A stretch of DNA of 64,000 nucleotides from Candidatus Multivoradales bacterium. Its GTDB lineage: Bacteria > Acidobacteriota > Thermoanaerobaculia > Multivoradales > Multivoraceae. Position numbers and translations under genes: made by a program. Below, piece after piece: positions 56,157 to 64,000 of the stretch. The DNA lies in NCBI GenBank assembly GCA_965223325.1, contig CBDCWI010000002.1, positions 4,384,001-4,448,000 of the forward strand, written 5' to 3'. Every line of letters begins with the position of its first letter. Positions within the stretch are counted from its first letter, which is position 1. The notes beneath the pieces are model-generated. The model ran no database searches. It was not told the DNA's origin and saw only the letters and a list, made by a program, of their open reading frames with translations.

Positions 56157-59000
56157 TTAGCCCTCGAGCGCCTTCCGGACTTGTGAGCTCCAATTGAAGA
56201 TGATGCGAAGGTTCGGAATGAAGTCGGCTTCGTGGCCGTCGGTCAGCAGAAACCGACCATCGGGATGTACGCGGTAGAGGGGCCAGTGCGCGAGAGTGTC
56301 GAAGGGAACATCGAAGAGCCTCTCTGGCTCGCTATGGTTGCCACTGTCGTCGAGGATGCGGGTGCGATGCATACCGCCCTCGGGTCCGACAAAGTAAAGC
56401 TCGTTGGTTCCGCCTCGCCACCTTGGCTGCCTTCCGCCTTCTCGGGAAACTCGAATGCGTTTGGATGGCTGGTCGACCCTGACCAGATAGATCTCATGGT
56501 CTCCTGACTCAGGAGATGAGAAAGCGAGCCACTCGCCCGATGGGTGCAGCGCGGGTCCTCGTTCGTCGAATCGAGACTCCACGAGGGCCAAGGCGTCTTC
56601 TCGGCCGACGAGAAAGTCTCGGCCGCCGATCCTCCCGGCAACGCTGAAGAGAAAATCTCCGTTCGGCAGCCAGCTCTCGAGATCGCGAAACTGGTCGCTC
56701 TGGTAGATGAGTTGAGGTGGGTTGTCCCCGTCCGGGTCGTACGAGACGATCTGTGGCGTTCCCCAACTGGTGACCGCGAGGCGCCTGCCATCGGCCCGCC
56801 AATGCGAGGTCATGCCCTCGCCCACGAAGGTGTCGACACCCCGAGAGAGGTCCCGCACCCAAACCTCAAAGTTGGTGTCGTCCTCCCTCGATGCTCCGGC
56901 TCGACTGAAAGCGAGTCTCTCTCCGTTTGGCGAGATTGAGAATCGCGATGCAGAGATGGGCAGGTTCTCTAGCCTGACTCCCTTCGAGGAGTACCAAGAC
57001 AGGGGAATCTCGGCCGAGTAGTCGGGCAGGTAGATCAGCGTGCCGTCGTTCGATATGTCGTAGAACGCGCCGCAGCAATCACTGACGAACACGTCGTCGA
57101 GAACCGACACTGGTGTGCCGGTGAATCGCGCCGTGTCGGCATCGAAAGGGCGCGCCCACAACACGCCGTCGAGCTCGTAGAGCAGAGTGCGTGGCCCCAA
57201 GAAGCTGACACTTTGGGCGTCTTCGAGCAGAGGGCGTTCCTCGCCGGTCGAGAGATCTTTGACCACTACCGTGGAGTCGCCCTCGAAGCCGAAGCCTCTT
57301 TGAAAGAGAAGAAGCTCAGTCCCCGGCAAGAGGAGCGGCCTTTGGTGGCCGCGATCCAGCCCGATCTCGGTGAGAGGTTCGATCTCCAGCGAGTCGAGAT
57401 GGAGACGCTCGATCGGGGTTTGCCAACCCGATATCAGCAATCGATCGTCGTGGTCCCAGCTGGCCCACATGTGGTGCCGATCTTCCAGAAGCGTGATCGG
57501 CGGGCTACCGTCGAAGGGAACTTTGATCCAGGTATCGGTCGGCACACTTGTGACAAATAGGAACTCCCCGTCGGGAGAAAAGACCGGCGCGCCGAATGTG
57601 CTCTCGGGAGTGCGCAGCGTGCGCCAGTCTCTCTCATCGAGTTGACGAACTCGCAGCTCTGCCAGCTGGTGGCCGATCCATCTCTGTGCAGCGACTCGGC
57701 GTCCGTCGGGTGAGATGGCAAAGTTGACGAATCGGCCGTCGAGGTAGCCTCCAAAGTCGGTCTCCAGCTCGGCTATGGTCACGAACTGTTCGTTTGTGGG
57801 TCGTACGAGGAGCCAAGTGGCCGCAGCCCCCAAGAGCGCCGCGAAGAGAATCCAGGCGGGGAAGGAGCGGATCGCCGGTCGCCTCCTGGTCGTGGCTAGT
57901 CGACGGCTTCGCGGCTCGATTCCTGAGTCGTCGGCTGCCTTCGCCAAGAGATCGAGATGTTTTCCGAGATCAGTGGCCGAGCGCCAACGTTGCTCCGGCT
58001 TCTTGCGCAAGCACGTTTGCACGAGTCGATCGAGCTCGTGGGGAGCCAGGACTGCACGCTCTTCGAAAGTCTTCGGGGTTTCAGTCAGGAGTGCCGAGAT
58101 GAGGCTCGCTTGCGACTCTCCCGTAAAGGCCTTCTCGCCAGTCACCATCTCATAGAGAAGCGCGCCGAAGGAGAAGATGTCGGACCGCTGGTCGGTCTCT
58201 TTGCCCTCGAGCTGCTCAGGTGACATGTACTGCAGTGTTCCGAGGATGACTCCTTCGGCGGTTAGGGAACGCCGGCGAGTCGGTGCCGCCGTGTCGCTGC
58301 TTGCGAAGAGCGAGGGTTCGAGTCCGGCGAGTCCGAAATCGAGCAGCTTGGCTCCGTCGGGTGTTAGAAAGATGTTGGCCGGTTTCAAGTCGCGATGGTA
58401 GATGCCGTGCTCATGGGCTCTGCCAAGCGCCCCCGCGATTTGACTGGCCAGCTCGAGCGTTTCGACCAGTGGCAGGGGTCCTCTACCGAGCCGTTGGTGC
58501 AGGGTCTCGCCCTCGAGCAGCTCCATCACCAGGTACTCGATGCCGTTGGCGACACCGACATCGAAGAGAGAGCAGATATGTGGATGTTGCAGCTGGGCGA
58601 CGACCTGGGCCTCGCGCTCGAAGCGTTCGCGAAGCGAGGAGCGGTCGCCTCCTCGGCTCCCAAGCACCTTCAGCGCAACGTCGCGACCGAGTCGGGTGTC
58701 GCGCGCACGATAGACCTCACCCATGCCCCCGGCGCCAATCGGCGCGATGACTTCATATGAGTCGAGTTTGAACCCGTTCGGCAGAGTGGCAATGTGGGCC
58801 GCGATCTCCGATCTGCTCGAGTCCGGTAGCCGCGCCAGAGCAGACTTCGAACGTTCGGCGAGCAGATCGGCCACGATCGCTCGGAGCTCGGCATCATCCG
58901 CGCAGGCTCGATCGATGTAGGCCTTTCGCTCGCGCCCATCGAGCTCAATCGCCCTAGCGAGAACGGCGTCTGCTTCCCGAAACCGGTCGAAGGGATTCAC
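56157..59000 (-). CDS. Hanks-type Ser/Thr kinase with TM helix and TolB-like beta-propellers
   Basis: IGAGGMGEVY, VALK, HRDLKPAN, DFG, GTLQYMSPE; C-terminal SPDG repeats. Confidence 0.93.
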   Translation of the reverse strand: MNPFDRFREADAVLARAIELDGRERKAYIDRACADDAELRAIVADLLAERSKSALARLPDSSRSEIAAHIATLPNGFKLDSYEVIAPIGAGGMGEVYRARDTRLGRDVALKVLGSRGGDRSSLRERFEREAQVVAQLQHPHICSLFDVGVANGIEYLVMELLEGETLHQRLGRGPLPLVETLELASQIAGALGRAHEHGIYHRDLKPANIFLTPDGAKLLDFGLAGLEPSLFASSDTAAPTRRRSLTAEGVILGTLQYMSPEQLEGKETDQRSDIFSFGALLYEMVTGEKAFTGESQASLISALLTETPKTFEERAVLAPHELDRLVQTCLRKKPEQRWRSATDLGKHLDLLAKAADDSGIEPRSRRLATTRRRPAIRSFPAWILFAALLGAAATWLLVRPTNEQFVTIAELETDFGGYLDGRFVNFAISPDGRRVAAQRWIGHQLAELRVRQLDERDWRTLRTPESTFGAPVFSPDGEFLFVTSVPTDTWIKVPFDGSPPITLLEDRHHMWASWDHDDRLLISGWQTPIERLHLDSLEIEPLTEIGLDRGHQRPLLLPGTELLLFQRGFGFEGDSTVVVKDLSTGEERPLLEDAQSVSFLGPRTLLYELDGVLWARPFDADTARFTGTPVSVLDDVFVSDCCGAFYDISNDGTLIYLPDYSAEIPLSWYSSKGVRLENLPISASRFSISPNGERLAFSRAGASREDDTNFEVWVRDLSRGVDTFVGEGMTSHWRADGRRLAVTSWGTPQIVSYDPDGDNPPQLIYQSDQFRDLESWLPNGDFLFSVAGRIGGRDFLVGREDALALVESRFDERGPALHPSGEWLAFSSPESGDHEIYLVRVDQPSKRIRVSREGGRQPRWRGGTNELYFVGPEGGMHRTRILDDSGNHSEPERLFDVPFDTLAHWPLYRVHPDGRFLLTDGHEADFIPNLRIIFNWSSQVRKALEG

Positions 59001-59408
59001 GACCGCAGTTTAGCGTGGCTTCCTCTCGAGAGATTTCGTGAAAGGAGTTGCAGTTGCTGCAGCTCAGATCGAGCTGCCGGAAGATCGCGCGGCGATGCCG
59101 CGCTCAGTCGGGAGTAGGTTTCGAGCCCAAGTGGTGGCGCAGAGCCAGGCCCAACGGGTAGCCGATTCACGACTGACAGTTGGTCAATGGCGAGGGTCGT
59201 CCGATAGGGTTAAGGCCCCTTGCAGGACAGTCGGTGGTTCCGTGCGAAGGTCATGGCCCATCAATTGCGGTATGTCCCCACTGACGCGAGTGGTTGGGGA
59301 GCCGTCGAAGTCATCGATCGGATGCCGACGTCGGAGCTTCCATGGCGATCGACATGGGAGCGGTTCGCACTGCCGGAACTACCCGGTATACGGCTCTCTA
59401 CATGGCTC

Positions 59409-60434
59409 TCATTCAGCCTTCGGTCGCCGCGTGTGCTTCGTCGCTGCGTATTCCTTTACGGCATTGCGTGAGCTGCGCCATAGACCGTCTGCGCCTTGAA
59501 CCGCGTCGAGTCGACCGCGTTGCGCGGCTTGCCGGAGCGCTGGCACCGAGAAGTCGTCGTCGGCGAGCGCCGCCAACGGGACCAGCCGAGCGGGTCCGGC
59601 CACGTTCGGTACGACGAAGCGATTGAGGTTGTCGAGCATCGCCCTTGCGATGATCTCACCGAGTGCTCCGTGATCGCCGTCGTCGGCACGCTGAAGAGCC
59701 CGAATGTACGCGTCGCGCTCCTTCTTGTAGATGACGACTGGGGGATAGCCGAGACGCACCAGTGTCAGGTTCAGCGCGAGGCGACCGACTCGCCCGTTGC
59801 CGTCGATGAACGGGTGAATGCACTCGAACTGATGGTGGACTCGAGCCAATTCCTCGGGCAGCGGAGCGGCGAGTTTGGCGCCCGACACCACGGTGTCACC
59901 GAGTTCGACTGCCTCGGCGACCCAGTCGGTGAGCAGGGCAGGTACTTCTGGCCACGGTGGTGGGGTCATGCCGCCGCCGAATTCGGCGATCTCGTGTTGG
60001 CGGAAGTTCCCTGGTGACTCGGCATCAGTCGCTTCCGGATGAGGGGCGACACTCCACACTGGCGTCATGGCCATGTGATGGATCCTACGAACTTCGTTCA
60101 AGCTGATTAACCCGCCGTCACTCCAGCCGTCGGGGTCCAGGGCTTGGCCGTACACCCACCGAGCAGCCTCGCTGTAGCCCTCAACTTCCATGTACTCCTT
60201 GATTGGCTTCGCGCCGACCGCGCGGCGCTGGTCAAGAAGCTGCGCGACCTCTCGCAGCGCGAGCGTGTTGCCCTCCAGCGCTGTCGAATGGTGGGCTTCG
60301 AGGTGCCAGATGTCAGACCAGACCGTCTCCGACTCCTTCGGCGAGGGCAATCCGCCGAACCGTTGGTTCAACGCTCGGAGCGCGCCGTCGAGCCGCAGGT
60401 AGATCGTGGCCCTGCTGGGTCGTCCTCGTGCCAT
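59409..60434 (-). CDS. Fic family protein (class II) with C-terminal HTH-like domain
   Basis: HPFIDGNGRVGR catalytic motif; N-terminal STALEGN autoinhibitory motif. Confidence 0.92.
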   Translation of the reverse strand: MARGRPSRATIYLRLDGALRALNQRFGGLPSPKESETVWSDIWHLEAHHSTALEGNTLALREVAQLLDQRRAVGAKPIKEYMEVEGYSEAARWVYGQALDPDGWSDGGLISLNEVRRIHHMAMTPVWSVAPHPEATDAESPGNFRQHEIAEFGGGMTPPPWPEVPALLTDWVAEAVELGDTVVSGAKLAAPLPEELARVHHQFECIHPFIDGNGRVGRLALNLTLVRLGYPPVVIYKKERDAYIRALQRADDGDHGALGEIIARAMLDNLNRFVVPNVAGPARLVPLAALADDDFSVPALRQAAQRGRLDAVQGADGLWRSSRNAVKEYAATKHTRRPKAE

Positions 60435-60490
60435 GTGCGCGTTTTCGTCCCTTCGGTTCGAGAGTTGAGTAGCTGGTGTCTCGGCGAAAT

Positions 60491-60552
60491 GAACTTATCA
60501 AGTATAATCGTATTTGATACGCCTGCTCGGTACTGGAGCGAACTTATCAAGT
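60491..60552. promoter_or_regulatory. Paired operator-like boxes upstream of fic
   Basis: GAACTTATCAAGT at 60491-60503 and 60540-60552, each containing the palindrome ACTT-N3-AAGT. Confidence 0.55.
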
Positions 60553-60598
60553 CTTGCGGGCACGTACGGGGACCGTGAAGGCGCATCGCGCCGCCGGG

Positions 60599-60689
60599 AT
60601 CCGACTCGTGAATCCCGGCCTGCGCGTGAACCTCGCATGGCTATGAAACATCGGTGCCTGGAACGTCTCCCGAGGCGAAGCTCCGGGGG
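60599..60689 (+). repeat. Dispersed intergenic element, copy 2
   Basis: ATCCGACTCGTGAA...GCGCGTGAA...GCTATGAAACAT...GCCTGGAACGTC followed by a GCGAAGC-capped hairpin. Confidence 0.85.
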
Positions 60690-60783
60690 GCTCTTGAGCG
60701 AAAAGAAGTCCCTATCCCTTATCCCTCCACGGCGCTGGACCTTCGACGAGAGAACCCCTCGCGACCTCCTCGTTTCGTTGAAG

Positions 60784-60819
60784 CACGTTTTTCGTGCCAC
60801 ACGATTTTCGTGCTATAGT
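60784..60819 (+). promoter_or_regulatory. vapBC promoter with tandem palindromic operators
   Basis: CACG-N5-CGTG twice (60784-60796, 60800-60812) abutting an extended -10 TGCTATAGT. Confidence 0.65.
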
Positions 60820-60836
60820 TCGGGCGGAGAGCTCAA

Positions 60837-61067
60837 ATGACCAACATCACCCTGAAGCTGGACGAACCCATCCTCCGAGAGGCGCGCATTCTGGCCGCGA
60901 AGCGAGGCACCTCCGTCAGTCGGCTCGTCGCAGAGCAGCTCGAAGAGCTCGTCCGTCGTGAGCGCCGCTACGGCTCAGCGAGGAAGCGCGCCCTGAAGAG
61001 AATGCGGTCTGCCAGATCGCTCGGCTGGACGCCTCCTGCCTCGCGAGATGAACTGCATGAGCGTTAG
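60837..61067 (+). CDS. RHH-type antitoxin (VapB-like)
   Basis: MTNITLKLDEPILREARILAAKRGTSVSRLV...SRDELHER; overlaps the PIN gene. Confidence 0.88.
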   Translation: MTNITLKLDEPILREARILAAKRGTSVSRLVAEQLEELVRRERRYGSARKRALKRMRSARSLGWTPPASRDELHER

Positions 61068-61476
61068 GGCGTTTGTCGACACGAACATCCTCGTGTACGC
61101 ACACGACTCTGGTGCTGGCGAACGACACTCGGCGGCGTTGACTCTGCTCGCCGGGCTGTGGGAAAGCCGAACTGGAATCCTGAGCACTCAGGTGCTCCAG
61201 GAGTTCTACGTCAACGTCCACAAGCGTGCCCGGCATCCCATGACTCGGGACGAGGTCAGGCACACTCTCGACGACTACATGGCATGGGAGATCGTTGTCA
61301 ATGACGAGCAGTCGATTCGCGAAGCCATCGTCCTGGAGGAGCGCTACAAGCTCTCGTTCTGGGATGCGTTGATTGTTCAGGCGGCAAACTCTTCTGGCGC
61401 CGATGTTCTCTACTCCGAGGACCTCAGCCACGGCCATGTCTACGGGGCTGTCGAACTCGTGAATCCCTTCGCGTAG
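61057..61476 (+). CDS. PIN-domain toxin (VapC-like)
   Basis: FVDTNILVYA, STQVLQEF, SFWDALIV, LYSED, VNPF. Confidence 0.92.
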   Translation: MSVRAFVDTNILVYAHDSGAGERHSAALTLLAGLWESRTGILSTQVLQEFYVNVHKRARHPMTRDEVRHTLDDYMAWEIVVNDEQSIREAIVLEERYKLSFWDALIVQAANSSGADVLYSEDLSHGHVYGAVELVNPFA

Positions 61477-61588
61477 CGGTTCGTGCAGGAGGAGCTGGTC
61501 GCGGATCGGTGGAGCCCAGGCGGTCACAGGAAGGTTGGGCTCGTGATCTGACTGAGAACGTACGGCAACCTCATCCCGGCCGAGAGGC

Positions 61589-61651
61589 GACGTTCCAGGC
61601 ACCTATGTTTCACAGCCATTCGGGGTTCACGCGCCTGCCGAGATTCACGAG
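61589..61651 (-). repeat. Dispersed intergenic element, copy 3 (inverted, 63-bp core)
   Basis: Reverse complement CTCGTGAATCTCGGCAGGCGCGTGAACCCCGAATGGCTGTGAAACATAGGTGCCTGGAACGTC aligns without gaps to copies 1 and 2. Confidence 0.82.
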
Positions 61652-61898
61652 CGTCAGCGTCCATCAGGAAAGTGATGTCAACGCCGCGCGATCTCGCCAA
61701 CCTTCTGCTCGCCTCCAGGACCAGGCGTACGGGTGCGTGCCGTAGTTCGACGGTCATGGGCACCCAGCTTCACGGTTCGCGACCGCCCACTCGTGAGAAA
61801 GATCGGACGAACCGGTACCTGAATTGTTAAAAGATCATCCATCGTGGCAGGATTCACCCATTAACGTGTGAGCTCCTAAAAGGGTGGCCGAAGGCGCA

Positions 61899-64000
61899 AT
61901 GAGAAAAGGCACAAGACGTAATGTCAGGCGTCCACGGGTCAAAGCAAGTGTGGTCCTGCTCGCGCACGCGCTGGCGATTTGGCCCACGGTGGCAATCGGT
62001 TCTCTAGCAGCTGAAGAAGAACGGCTCCTCCCGGAGCGGGCTGTCGTGGCAAGCGCACGAGCGAACCTGAGATTTCTCGAGGCGCCTCAGGCGTCCACGT
62101 CCGAGAAGTCAGCCGTCGCCGAGATGGTGCGGAGGTCCCTGCGCTCCCAGTTGCTCATCCTTCGGTCCAAGCTTCAGCGGTCGCACTCGCCAAAAGAAGC
62201 CTCCGGTGTCCTGCGTGAGGTGGAAGAGCTGCTACGTCGAATCCGGGTGCCGCGAGACGGCACCTTGGCCCAAGACGTGGTTTGGAGAGGCGCCACAAGC
62301 GGTTCGATTTCTGGAACGGTCAGGAGGGAGGATGACGGGACGCCGATCGCAGGCGTTGGGATTGTGCTCCGCGAACGGGATCCGGAGGGCCTGATTTTCG
62401 ACGCAGTGGTTACTTCTCCGACCGGATCGTACGGCTTCACGAACGTGCCCGACGGCGTGTATACCCTTCGCACCTTCAACGAGATTGGCCTCGTCGATGA
62501 GCGATGGGAAGACGTCCCTTGCGTCCCCTCCTGCTACTTCTACGAGGGTGATTCGATTGAGGTGGCTGCAGGAGCAGCTATCGGTGCAGTCGACCTATCT
62601 CTTGCCCAGGGCGGCGGCTTCAGTGGCCTAATAGCAGGCGAGGCAGACGGCGAACTCCTCAGGTACTTCCAGGTCGACATTTTCGATCGTGAGGGAGCAG
62701 AGGTGCTGTCCCTGTCGTCTTCCGTTTTCGACTGGGAGTATCCGCTGGGCTTCTACACCATCGGAGGCCTTCCTGCGGGGGACTACTACGCCCGGGCCAC
62801 CGGGTCCGAGGAGTACACCCAGCTCTACAACGGAAGGGACTGCAGGGCTGGCTGTTCGGTTACCGACGGCGATGTCATTCCTGTGGCTCCTGGGGAGATC
62901 ACCGATGGGATCGACTTCTCTCTCTCTAAGGGTGGGGTTGTCAGCGGCACGGTGACGGACGGCCGGACGGGCCTTGTAGTCGAGGGCATTACGGTCGACA
63001 TTCGGGCGATCGGCGACCGCGACCTGGCGACGACGTCGGCAGACGGCCGGTTCGAATCGCGCGCGCTCACGCCCGGCACCTACACAGCGCTCGCTGCGCA
63101 GTATGAAACGGACTACTCCGCGGAGTATTGGGACGACGTTCCATGCTCTGGAGACTGTTCTCCGGGTGGCGCGACGCCGATCGTCGTGGATCTCGATGCG
63201 AGTGTTTCCGATATCGACTTTGTGCTCGCGCCCTTGGCGGCTTTCTCTGGTGCTTTCCGAGCTGGCGACGCCCCTGCTCCGGGTACGGTCCACGTGTTCG
63301 ACGAGGCCGGGGTCTTCGTCAGCGCGTACGGTACGAGCCAAGACGGCACGTATCGCGTGCCAGGGCTCGAACCAGGGACGTATTTCGCCATCAGTCAGTC
63401 TCGCTGGATCGACGCACTCTACGACGGGCTAACGTGCGAGGACTTTGAGTGCGATCCAACGGCCGGAACACCCATCGTCCTCGAGAGGTCCGAGGAGGTG
63501 CCCGGAATCGACTTCGACCTCGGCTTCGGTGGGAGTATCTCGGGCCGGGTTATCGACGAGATGACAGGGGAGCCGGTCTCCGATGCCCTCGTGGAGGTGT
63601 TTCACACGGACATCTTCCTGGTAGATGGAATGCGTACCGACTTCCTTGGGCGCTACCGGACCAGCGAGCCAGGCCTTCTGGGTTCCTACCTGGTTCGTGC
63701 GAACCACTCCCAATACGAAGCTGAGGAATTCGACGGTCTCGATTGCGGCGGCTACGATTGCGCTGACCCTGCAGGTGCGCTGGTCGAAGTCGCGGCCGGA
63801 GAAGAGATCGCCGATATCGACTTCACCCTTCGCCCTCTGGCAACCATCAGTGGCACGATTCGGTCCAACTCGGCTCGACGTCCATCGGTTCACGTCTACG
63901 ACCAGGATGGGATCCCGTTTATCGGCGGAGACGTCTATGCCCTCTCGTGGCAGACGGTCGTTCCTGCGGGGGACTACTTCGCCGGCGCAGGGACCAGTCC
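61899..64000 (+). CDS. Large secreted protein with tandem carboxypeptidase-regulatory-like (beta-sandwich) repeats, partial
   Basis: Absent from the ORF track, consistent with running off the window. My partial translation: MRKGTRRNVRRPRVKASVVLL...GSISGTVRREDDGTPIAGV...GSYGFTNVPDGVY; ~95-aa repeats, each with a Cys pair. Confidence 0.82.
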   Translation, partial: MRKGTRRNVRRPRVKASVVLLAHALAIWPTVAIGSLAAEEERLLPERAVVASARANLRFLEAPQASTSEKSAVAEMVRRSLRSQLLILRSKLQRSHSPKEASGVLREVEELLRRIRVPRDGTLAQDVVWRGATSGSISGTVRREDDGTPIAGVGIVLRERDPEGLIFDAVVTSPTGSYGFTNVPDGVYTLRTFNEIGLVDERWEDVPCVPSCYFYEGDSIEVAAGAAIGAVDLSLAQGGGFSGLIAGEADGELLRYFQVDIFDREGAEVLSLSSSVFDWEYPLGFYTIGGLPAGDYYARATGSEEYTQLYNGRDCRAGCSVTDGDVIPVAPGEITDGIDFSLSKGGVVSGTVTDGRTGLVVEGITVDIRAIGDRDLATTSADGRFESRALTPGTYTALAAQYETDYSAEYWDDVPCSGDCSPGGATPIVVDLDASVSDIDFVLAPLAAFSGAFRAGDAPAPGTVHVFDEAGVFVSAYGTSQDGTYRVPGLEPGTYFAISQSRWIDALYDGLTCEDFECDPTAGTPIVLERSEEVPGIDFDLGFGGSISGRVIDEMTGEPVSDALVEVFHTDIFLVDGMRTDFLGRYRTSEPGLLGSYLVRANHSQYEAEEFDGLDCGGYDCADPAGALVEVAAGEEIADIDFTLRPLATISGTIRSNSARRPSVHVYDQDGIPFIGGDVYALSWQTVVPAGDYFAGAGTS

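Overview
This is a GC-rich bacterial chromosome segment, inferred to be Acidobacteriota (probably Thermoanaerobaculia-like) from an Oar-type TonB-dependent receptor, a Ser/Thr kinase with TolB-like propellers, a C-terminal FxDGFE motif protein and shc. (1) 21.5-33.5 kb is a tightly coupled operon. It joins hopanoid genes (shc, hpnH, hpnA, hpnG-like) to type-2 IDI, class I HMG-CoA reductase, mevalonate kinase, an MVD-family decarboxylase, isopentenyl-phosphate kinase and a single-enzyme squalene synthase. No phosphomevalonate kinase is present, which points to the haloarchaeal/Chloroflexi-type alternative mevalonate route feeding hopanoids. (2) 12-18.1 kb is an integron-type cassette array on the minus strand, with attC sites and an attI-like site but no integrase. 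One attC is split by an IS1111-type IS110 element that has a long 3' non-coding region (candidate bridge/seek RNA). The array also holds an IS3-family element and a broken toxin-antitoxin cassette, and it sits next to 166-bp tandem copies of an M48 gene's 3' end. (3) 52-62 kb is an accessory region (DUF4143 ATPase, CPBP protease, kinase, Fic, VapBC) with three copies of an unexplained ~63-91-bp element carrying periodic TGAA boxes; two of these bracket vapBC in inverted orientation. The rest is housekeeping and envelope genes plus a small MITE. No rRNA, tRNA or CRISPR array was seen. All calls come from reading motifs by eye; no database search was run.
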